Below, piece after piece: positions 52,621 through 64,000 of a stretch of 64,000 nt of DNA. A program made the translations under genes and the position numbers. Source of the stretch: Octopus sinensis (Eukaryota). The DNA is taken from contig NC_043011.1 of the NCBI RefSeq assembly GCF_006345805.1, positions 42,978,464-43,042,463 on the forward strand. Direction: 5' to 3'. The notes under the pieces were generated by a model. It did no database searches and was not told the origin of the DNA. It worked only from the letters and a program-made list of their open reading frames with translations. Numbering within the stretch: the first letter of the stretch is position 1; every line of letters begins with the position of its first letter.

Positions 52621-53329
52621 TGTATAATACAGAATAACACTAGGAGTTATTTCTCCGGAATCGCGTGTAATACTTTATCACAGCGGTTCTGAAGAAATGA
52701 CTTCTGGTGATATCATGAAATACACCAGCTGCAGAATATTCGTTTACCTATTATTAATTTACCCATTATTGGAACTTCAGCTGAGACAAGATCAAGGACA
52801 AAGATGAAAGCAAAGGATAGCCATTTTGAATTTTAAATATATTTAATATATTGTCAATTAACATAACAATCAACTGGTAAGATTTCAGTATCCAAAGCCT
52901 AAAACATTTTATATAATGATATTATATTTGGGTATAGTCATAATTTGCCATTTAAAAACACGCACTATATTTGGTCTTCACTTCAATTTTATACTTTTAT
53001 TTTAGATTCTTTCTCAAATTCTTTTATCACCTTCTGTGACCTCTTCAGTAACACTCTATCCCACGTGTCTCTTCTTGTTCTACTTATTCCGTTTTGTCTT
53101 TCACCTTTTGTATTATGATAAACTGAATAATGGGCAAATCTATATGCTGCACCTTGCACATTGTATAATAAGTATTATTATTATTATGCAAGGCGTGAAG
53201 CTGGCAGAATCATTAGTATGCCGGACGAAATGCATAGCGGTGCGGCAAAAGACAGATAAAAAAATTATCAGGCTTAAAATATGTACTGGGGTCGATTTGT
53301 TCGATTATATGCTTTAAGGTGGTGCCCCA

Positions 53330-53384
53330 GATAGATAGGGGGACATACAAATAGATAGACAGAGAGACATACAGATGGATAGAT

Positions 53385-53480
<96 letters not shown>

Positions 53481-53534
53481 GGATAGATAGATAGATAGAT
53501 AGATAGATAGAAAGTTAGATAGATAGATAGATAG

Positions 53535-53577
<43 letters not shown>

Positions 53578-53657
53578 CAGAGACTGACAGATAAATAGAT
53601 AGATAGGTAGACAGACAGAAGGACAAAGAGAGAGAGACAGACAGACAAATAGATATG

Positions 53658-53700
<43 letters not shown>

Positions 53701-53836
53701 ATAGAAAGATAGATAGATAGATAAATAGATAGATAGATAGATAGATAGACAGAGACTGACAGATAGATAGATAGATACATAGATAGATAGACAGACAGAA
53801 AGACAGACAGATAAACAGACAGAGAGACAGACAGAC

Positions 53837-53894
<58 letters not shown>

Positions 53895-53895
53895 G

Positions 53896-53938
<43 letters not shown>

Positions 53939-53950
53939 GTAGATAGACTG
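53330..53950. repeat. (GATA)n/(GACA)n compound microsatellite
   Basis: Direct inspection; similar tracts at 54650-54930 and 59535-59848. Confidence 0.95.
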
Positions 53951-54573
53951 CCTATGTAGAAAACTAGGATAGAAAAATGGTGGGGGTTATAGAAAAAGGT
54001 GATGTAAACAGGAGAAAAGTTAAGAAATGGAAAGAAGAAATATTGTAATGGACAGATGAAAATCAGTGAAATATTATACGCGAGGGAGGTTTGGATTGAG
54101 GTGGCTGGCATGGTTGGTAAGGTTGTGTAGGATTAGCAAGGGTACTATTGATAAGAGAGTGGCGGGGGAGGGAATGTTTATAATGAATGTGTAAGTTTGT
54201 GGTTGTGTGTCGTTAATGTGTGTGTGTGTGTGTGTGTGTGTTTGCGTTTGTGTGTGTATATATGTGGTTGTGCTTGAAAGGAAATTGGGGGAACGTGTCT
54301 AGGAAAGAGAGAGAGAGACAGAGACAGAGAGAGACAGAGAGAGACAGAGAGAGAGACAGAGAGAGAGAGAGAGACAGACAGATGGTGAGAGAGAGAGAGA
54401 CGGAAAGAGTAACGACGAACCTGTAGATCACGCAGACATACAAGCACATGCACTCATCCACCATACACACACATAGAAACACGCACACAAACACAAGTAC
54501 TCGCAGACACACATTCACAACACACCACACACACACACACATACAAACACATGTATATTGAAAGACAGTGTAA

Positions 54574-54633
<60 letters not shown>

Positions 54634-54713
54634 GGAACATATGAAAGAGATATAGAAAGATATAGATAGATAGATAGATAGATAAAGATAGATAGATAGA
54701 TAGATAGGTAGAT

Positions 54714-54891
<178 letters not shown>

Positions 54892-55020
54892 ATAAATACA
54901 TAGATATATATACAGACAGACAGACAGAAAGATAGAGGGTGGATGGACAGGTGAACAAATACACACTGGCATGCGCAAATAGGAAGTACAGAAGCACGTA
55001 TACATACATACATATATACA

Positions 55021-55460
55021 TACATATATACATACAGACAGATAGATATAGATATATATATGTATACATATATACACACACTCATATATACATACAGACA
55101 GATAGATATAGATATATATATGTATACATATATACACACACTCATATATACATACAGACAGATAGATATAGATATATATATGTATACATATATACACACA
55201 CTCATATATACATACAGACAGATAGATATAGATATATATATGTATACATATATACACACACTCATATATACATACAGACAGATAGATATAGATATATATA
55301 TGTATACATATATACACACACTCATATATACATAGACAGATAGATATAGATATATATATGTATACATATATACACACACACTCATATATACATACAGACA
55401 GATAGATATATATATGATACATATATACACACACTCATATAACATACAGACAGATAATAT
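55021..55460. repeat. 60-bp minisatellite (~7 copies)
   Basis: The 60-base lines starting at 55081, 55141, 55201 and 55261 are identical. Confidence 0.95.
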
Positions 55461-55745
55461 GATATAATCTATATGTATCCATATTACACCCTCATTATAC
55501 TACATACAGATAGATATAGATATATATATATATATGTATATACACACACTCATATATATACATACATGTCTAGAGAGAGAGGGGTGAGGAAGAAAGTGGA
55601 GTGAGAGATAACTCAAGAGAAATGTAAGAATGAGTGAGGGAGAGAGGGAGAGAAATGGAGAAAGGATGAGAGTGTGTGTTACAGAGAGAGAGAGAGAGAG
55701 ATGGGGGGGGAAGAAAGAATAATGTAAAGGGAGTTGGTTTATAGA

Positions 55746-55786
<41 letters not shown>

Positions 55787-56467
55787 CAGAAGATGCTGAC
55801 TGAGTGGAGTTAGACGTGTCTAAGATGGAGACAAGAGCCAAGCCGGGCTTTATAAAACCGTCGTCAACAACTGTAGTTCTGATGACAACAATAACAACAA
55901 CAACAACGACAACGACAACGACAACGAAGACGACAACAACCACACTAACAACATCACCACCGACACCACCGCCGCCGCCACCACCACCACTGCGACAATC
56001 AGCACGGCCGCCACCACTAACAACAACAACAACAACAGCAACGACAACGAAGACAACAACAACCACACTAACAACATCACCACCGACACCACCGCCACCG
56101 CCGCCGCCACCACCGCCACCATTGCGACAATCAGCACGGCCGCCACCAGCACCACCACCGCCACCACTAACAACAACAAGAGCAACAGCAACAATACCGA
56201 CGAAGATGATGATGATGATGATGATGATGATGTGATGATGGTGACGGTGATGACAATGAAGAAGATATTTACTAAAAAAACATCATCACTACCAACAGCA
56301 GCAACAATAACAACAACAACAAGAGCAACAATACCAACAATACCAACGAAGATGATGATGATGGTGGTGATGATGATGACAATAGAGAAGATATTTACTA
56401 AAACATCATCACTACCAACAGCAGCAGCAACAATAACAAGAACAAGAACAGCAACAGCAACAGTAGC

Positions 56468-56505
<38 letters not shown>

Positions 56506-57012
56506 CGGATATAGAACAAGCAACAACAACTATAAGCGAAGTAACAGCGCTATCAACAATAACAACAGCAGCCGTGATAACGGTAACGGTAGCGGCGGCA
56601 GAGCTTGTGTCGAGAAACATTATTATAGCTGAAGCGATGACGATAATAGGAAGAGAGAAAGAAAAGAGAGCCTTCGTCGAGAGGGAAATAGGCGGACGCG
56701 ATCTGTTTACCGCGTTCTCTCGGCCGCGAAGCACGGTGTTCGTGTATTAAGCGGAAGCACCGCATAAGCAGTGAATCCAGATATTTTGTATATATATATA
56801 TACGGGGGGGTCGATTAAAGAAAAGAAAAAAAAAAGAGAGAAAGAGAGAGAGGTGAGAGAGAGTGAGAGAGAGAGAAAGTATATGAACAGACAAGCTTAT
56901 TGATAGACATGTATATATGTAGTTTTACTGTGTATAGAATACACACACACACGGATACACACAACACCCAAACATGCATTATATATACATACATTCATAC
57001 ATACATATATAC

Positions 57013-57049
<37 letters not shown>

Positions 57050-57162
57050 CATACATAAATGTATACATATTCATTTATACTTATTGTATATACAATAAAT
57101 ATGTATTACCGGAAACTTTAATAGACAGTTAACATAATATATATATACATACATACATATAC

Positions 57163-57198
<36 letters not shown>

Positions 57199-57217
57199 TG
57201 ATATATATGTGCGTGTA

Positions 57218-57248
<31 letters not shown>

Positions 57249-57741
57249 GTATGTATATGTATATATATGTGTATGTATATATATGTATGTATGTATTGTA
57301 TGTGTACATACACATACACACACGCAGGTCGTTATATAATACATACACACTCACACACTCATATACAAACACACATAGCATGTCTGTGTAAACTAAATTT
57401 TTTTTCCCGATTATTACTAACTTTGGGAAAACAAAAAAAAAACAAAACAAAAAAACGAAAACAAGACTGGCCTGAAGGGCGTTGAAACATAGCATTGGTT
57501 GTATAAATGATGATATCAGCGATATCGAAACATTTTAATATCAGTTGTATCCTTGTGATAATAAAGGATGAAATATATCGGAAACTTTTAACAGCTCAAA
57601 ACATTAAAACAACTGCCCGATTATATATATATATGTATATATGTGTGTGTGTGTGTGTGTATGTGTGTATATATATATGTGTATGTATATATATATGCAT
57701 ATATAAGTATATATATATATATATATGTATATATCTATATA

Positions 57742-57782
<41 letters not shown>

Positions 57783-59132
57783 ATGTATATATATGTGTGT
57801 GTGTTTTTGTGTATGTTTGTGTCTGTATATGTATATACATATATATTTGAGAGAATAAAATATTGAACGAACTGTCCCAAATACCGAAAAAATATAAAAA
57901 TAGCAAGATGTGATGCTTTTCCTGAGTAGAAATAGCCGTAGAAGCCTTCTTTTTGTCTGTACTTCAGGACTTTGCGGAGAGACTGGGTGACAAAGAATAC
58001 ACTAAACAAAAACAGACAAAAAAAAAACAAAAAGAACTTAACGAGAAAAGAGAAGAAAAAAAAAAACAGAAGTACACACACACACACACAAACATACACG
58101 CGCTCATATATATATATTATATATATATATTATATATATATATATATGTCGTAATGCAGTTTTCGTCATACCTTTCTCCTCTGCATATGTCATTACAATT
58201 AAAAATAATGAAATTGTATGTGAAAAAAATATAATACACTCTGAAGTAAAAATTATTGTTGTTCGTTTGAAAGTTTCGTTGTGATTTCTTCCTTGCTTTT
58301 TGTTGTTGTTGTTCCTTTTCTTGTGTATTTATAAATTCATTCATTCATTCATTCATGTGATTATTTGTTTAAAATTTCTTTCTACCAATTGTTGAATTTA
58401 ATGTTTTAATATTTCCAGGGTACATTGTATTGTATTGTTTTTTTTTCCTTTCTTAATACTCATAACTGGAGCCTTGAAAATTGTTATCATACCGTTAAAC
58501 ATATATATTACTAGGTAGAATTTTGACAAACGTGTAATATATATATATATATATATATGCGTGTGTATGTGTGTGTATGGATGTATGTGCGCGAGTGTAT
58601 TTATAAATGAGTGTATGTATGTATGGAGAGAGTACGAGAAAGATTTAAATTTAATCATAACGGTTCTTGCTGCTGCTGCTACTACTACTACTACTATTAC
58701 TACTACTGCTGCTGCTGCTACTACTACTACTACTAGTTCTACGATCACTACTGCTACTGCTATAACGGCTATGATAAAGTTGATTTCTATTCCCTCAATT
58801 TTACAGGTTTAGTGCCAACGAAATTACTTTCTATCTCCGCGCCGTTTTGTGTTCTCCCATCGTTTCTTCTTCCGTTCCTTCGTTTGAAACTTTTTTCACC
58901 CAATTATTATAATTATCATTATAATCATAATGACAATTACAAATATCATTAGTAATTATTTATACCCTAACAACATTTTATATTACTACACAAAAAAAAG
59001 TTTTATGATTAAGCGAAGCAGACTTTTGTCGTAGAAACGCAAACTAATAAAAAGTACTTGTTGACATCGTATTACATATGTGTATAAAGAAACACATACA
59101 TACCTTTGTATGTATGTATGTATGTATGTATG

Positions 59133-59163
<31 letters not shown>

Positions 59164-59533
59164 GCATGTATGTAAGTAAATATATGGGGGGGGTACGTAT
59201 GCATATGTAAGCATTTGTAAGCAGCGTGGCTTTTGTTGCAGAAGAAACTCTTAAATATTTTCAATAATTACAGGTTTTTTTTCTTCTGTTGTATAAGAAA
59301 GAGAAATAGAGAAAGAGTGAGAAAAAAAAATTAGTGAGAGTGAGAGAAAAAGAGAGAGAGAAAAGTAGAGAGAAGTGTGGTATAGTCTTAATTTAAGTTT
59401 GTGTGTTCGCAAAAACATGTCTTAAAGAATATATATCATATATATTTTAGATGCATACATACAAACATGTACACATATAAATGTTAATTATATATATATA
59501 TACAACTGTGTGTGTGGACATGCATACCATTAA

Positions 59534-59650
<117 letters not shown>

Positions 59651-59661
59651 CTGAAAGATAA

Positions 59662-59734
<73 letters not shown>

Positions 59735-59745
59735 CTGAAAGATAA

Positions 59746-59847
<102 letters not shown>

Positions 59848-60854
59848 TTGGTAAACGTAGTGCAGAGAATGGAATATTTTTGCCTGAGTCAGAGGAGAAG
59901 TAATTTGTGTGTGTGCGTGTGTATGTGTGTGTGCATCTATGTGAGTGAGTGTGTGAGTGTGCGGGAGAGAATGAGTGAGTGAGTGAGTGAGTGAGTGAGT
60001 GATCGAGTGAGTAAGTGAGTGAGTGAGTGCGAGATACTAAGATAGACAGAGACAGAAGAAGTGATGGAGGAGGCAGGGGAGTGGTGGCAGGGCAAGAAGG
60101 GGAAACTATAAATAGAGTAACTAGAGAGAAAACAGAAGGAGGTCAGCGTATATATCTTGGGAATTTTGTGTTCTTACGCTTTTCTTTCCTTTTTTTTCTT
60201 ATTCTCTATTTCTTTCACTTTCTTTCCTAATTTTTTTTTCTTTCTTCACTTGGTTCGTATGGACTTCAAAGAGAGGGAAGAGCGTATTTTGATCCCGTGA
60301 TCTGTGGTGGTGTAAAAAGCAAAAAAGCGGCTAGGGCATAATATATATCTTCTTCCGACTTCCTTTTACCACTAGTAACTCCAAGTGCAACTATGAGTGG
60401 CACTTGGAGTGGCGGCTGGAGTGATACTTAGAGTAGAAAGGTGAAGTTGAAGGAGGAGAGCTTTAGTGATCATCATCTCCCCGTTTGTTTTCTTTTTTGA
60501 TTTGTTTCAAATCTTTTGTCTCTCTCTTTCTCTATCTTTATTATTTCTTTGTATTTCTGTTTATTGAGAAATTTGTTTATTATTATTAGTACCATTATTA
60601 TTACTAGTATTATTATTATCATTATTATTATTATTATTAATTATTATTATTGCTATTATCATTAATTATTACGGTTTGTTTTCCTCTTCTTCTGAGTGGA
60701 TATATATATATATTATATATATATTTACATACATATATATTATATATATATATACTTTAATTCTTATTCGAAATGCGTTAATAGTAAGAAGAAAACAAAC
60801 AAACTATATATATATATATATTAACTACAATTTATAACCAACAGTCATAATAAA

Positions 60855-61793
60855 ATGACTGGGAACGGTGGACCTCAAGGGAAAAACCCCACAACGGAAT
60901 ATATCATGTCACGGAGGAAAAAGAGATTAAAACGACTATTAAATCGCTATGAGTTTGATAATGTTGAACTGGAAAAGTTATACAAGAGATATATATACAA
61001 ACTACAGCAAACCAGTATCGGTTATATGTTAGCCGTGTTTATATTATTAACAATCTGCTTGGCAGCCCTCAATTTTTTCTACCTCCTTTATCCGACCATT
61101 CGGAGCATCTATTTGTTATTACAATGCCTTTTCTTCATTGCTGTTTTCGTCTTCATCAATACCCGCTATATGGAAGAAACGTATTTCATACCCCTCTGTT
61201 ACGTCCTTATGTTTTTCCTCGTCATATTTGCCACGATGTCTTTCCCCATTCCATTCGGCGATCGACCCCCTCTCGAAAGCCAAACCGACTTCAACAACAA
61301 AGACAGAGGACACAGTAACACAATTTATAAACAGCATCTAACCAACCATGACCATCAATACAACAACCGCAACGCTAACCCTACAAGCAACGAGCAAAGC
61401 GGCACTGAAAACCCTTCCATACTGAAGCCCTCTTTACCGTCCGGTTTTACATCTGACAAAGCGGCCGGAACGTACCGGGTCGGTCTCGAGGACGAAGTGG
61501 TCACCAATGTTGTCAACAACGACGCCGTTGCCGGTTCGACCCCTACTCCCGGTAACACTCGTCTAATCTTACAGAACAGTTACTACCCGGATAGTAGGTA
61601 TTTGTCGCTACCAATCCAAGGAGTATGGGAGGTTGCGTTCGTTGTGTTCATGGTCTATACACTGATGCCCATGCAGAGGATGGTTTCGGTAATGTTGGGA
61701 ATTCTATTACCCAGTGGTCATCTAATCGTGGCAGGTCTGCTCAGTTCGGAAACTACCGCTAGTGACAGCATACAGCTATCACTATGGAGACAG
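60855..61793 (+). CDS. ADCY: Transmembrane (class III) adenylyl cyclase, first coding exon: N-terminus and TM1-TM5 of M1; gene continues beyond the window; subtype unresolved
   Basis: F.N.ELE.LY.RY..KLQ motif before TM1; GVWEVAFVVFMVYTLMP TM4 motif; LWRQ just before TM6; in-frame stop just upstream of ATG; canonical CAG|GTCAGT donor at 61793/61794 (phase 0, 313 codons). The ORF continuation to 61970 is intron. Confidence 0.9.
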
Positions 61794-61799
61794 GTCAGT
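61791..61799 (+). promoter_or_regulatory. 5' splice donor CAG|GTCAGT
   Basis: Consensus donor exactly where adenylyl cyclase similarity stops. Confidence 0.85.
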
Positions 61800-62247
61800 C
61801 CGCCCTTTCTTTTCGTATATTTCTTATGTATTACATGTGTATGTATAACTATGAGTGCATGTATCCCTATACAGGACGCACGAGAAGAAGAGTTGTGTAT
61901 TTCACCTGGAGACAGGCCCTGTCACCCTTTCAATTTGTATATCTTTTATGTATTACAAGTGTATGTATAGCCACCATGGGCCCAATGTGAGGCCCACGTG
62001 AGGGTTGGGTTGTGTGTTTCAGCTTTATGAGATCGGTTCGAGGCCCGGAGGGCTATGAGCATGATCGTGGTTATCTGCCGGTTATTCTCTAAAAGGAAAA
62101 AAAGAAGAAAAAAAAAAGATAATGAAAAGAAATAAATAAAAACAACTAACAATCCATGAATTTGCAAGGGGACTCAACCCTCACCTTCCCGGGCTTCCGG
62201 GACACAAAGTAGTCTTGTTCAAACTTCCACGCTTTCACACACACACG

Positions 62248-62329
<82 letters not shown>

Positions 62330-62538
62330 AGCACGAACACATATATATATATACCGGTATATGTGTGTACATGCTTCAATATATATATATGCACACACAC
62401 ACGTATATATGTGTGTGTGCATGTGAATGTGATATATATACATACATCCACATACATATATATATTTATACCTGCGTTTTAAAACTCCATGATTTTTTCA
62501 TATATATATATATATATATCTATTATATATATATATAT

Positions 62539-62605
<67 letters not shown>

Positions 62606-63089
62606 TATACGCGTGTGTATGTATAATTTGTGTGTGACTTCATGAGTATTTGTCAATTCAATTTATATTCCATAAATCCAGGCATGTAGCAGACTACAGC
62701 GAAACACAGTGTCTTAATAATGTTCACACATTCGCCCCCTGTAAACCGCTATTTCTTGGTAGTTTACGTCAAATCTAGGAGACCCATGACGGATTACACT
62801 GAAGCAGACCCAATCGCAAACACAGACATATATATACGCACGCATAAGCGCACATATACATCATACATAAACCCATACACATACACAGAAGCACTCGTGT
62901 GTACGCACACATAGATTGCTCCCTATAGAATATAAAGTAAATACCAGTTTAAAACTCACAAGAGAGATGCCTTTACCAGGCTTCTCCGTATGCTAAAAAT
63001 AGCAGCTAAATGTCTACATTTTTTTATTAGCATTCTTGTTTAGCAGACACCGCTCTATTGAAAGCTTTCGGTCCACGTTTTAGATGTTG

Positions 63090-63315
63090 GTATGGCAGAA
63101 TCGTTAGCACGCCGGGCGAAATGCTTAGCAGTATTTCGTCTGCCGCTACGTTCTGAGTTCAAATTCCGCCGAGGTCGACTTTGCCTTTCATCCTTTCGGG
63201 GTCGATTAAATAAGTACCAGTTACGCACTAAGGTCGATATAATCGACTTAATACCTATGTCTGTCCTTGTTTGTCCCCTCTATGTTTAGCCCCTTGTGGC
63301 TAATAAAGAAATAGG
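63090..63315 (+). mobile_element. SINE family A
   Basis: Head and body intact, intronic. Confidence 0.85.
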
Positions 63316-64000
63316 TATAACTCTGCTTACCTTCCAATAGCTACAGAACACCCTGTAAAAAACATAAGTGATCCTCTATCTCTCTCTCTTTTAGCTGTTA
63401 CAAATATAAACAAAAACAAATCGGATACTTTGAAGAATGTAGTTTTGTACGGTCCTAAAAAGACGGGATTAATCATGACTGGATTGTCTCAATCGTGCGT
63501 ATGATCTGCCAGGGGTGACTTGTGGGGCCGAACTGTAACAACAACAACTACAACGAAATGAAAAACAGCGGCGGCAGCTGCAGCAGCAGCAACATAGATA
63601 ATAGCAACAACAACAACAACAATTATCTGTTGGCTAGTTTACGCCACCGACATCACAACAATCATTACCACAGCTACTTTCCCCACCACCACCACCACCA
63701 CCACCACCACCACCACCACCACCACCACCACCACCACACAACCATGAAAAAATCATCATCACCACCATCACCCCCGTCGTCATCACCAACAGCAACCATA
63801 AATTGGTCCCGATGCGCCCTCGTTGGAGTATATGTTGTGGCAAGCATTCAGGCCAGTTCCCTGGTCAGAGAGGACAACATCCACGCATGGTCACACTGGT
63901 CCGCGAGCAACATAAAATGGGTTTTGGGCATTACACTTACATTTCTAATTAACCGATGCATACATGCATACATACATACAACATACATACATACATACAT

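Noticed and set aside
52685-52725. CTGAAGA...GAAA hammerhead-like string
   Set aside because: Stem II (atga/tcat) is possible, but no stem I partner or UH site follows.
55804-56894. Thr/Pro/Met-rich or Val-rich mucin-like ORFs
   Set aside because: Trinucleotide low-complexity DNA open on both strands with no domain or splice evidence.
61794-61970. C-terminal part of the 371-aa ORF
   Set aside because: Lies after a consensus splice donor and has no cyclase similarity; treated as intron.
63540-63800. Poly-Gly ORF (63634-63843, minus)
   Set aside because: (CCA)n/(CAA)n intronic microsatellite.

Overview
Eukaryotic, AT-rich, microsatellite-saturated DNA. The repeat families (tRNA-derived SINEs, (GATA)n/(TA)n/(CA)n tracts) look like an octopus genome; this is recognition from memory, not a database result. 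About 60 kb is intergenic and made of SINEs (three main families, often multimeric) plus remnants of Tx1/L1-like, RTE, Penelope-like, Tc1/mariner and Helitron elements. The only convincing host gene is the first coding exon of a transmembrane adenylyl cyclase (60855-61793, +), which has an unusually long (~120 aa) predicted extracellular loop. The most notable non-coding structure is a head-to-tail array of four ~600-bp monomers (24130-26541) inserted in a (TA)n tract. Each monomer carries, on the minus strand, a type I hammerhead ribozyme motif whose two core halves are separated by a ~75-nt loop II. This is the architecture expected of a retrozyme or Penelope-derived circRNA-producing element. 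Several dispersed minimal hammerheads, foldback repeats and unusual insertion geometries are also present. Most computed ORFs are microsatellite artefacts. Coordinates were counted by eye; element boundaries are approximate.
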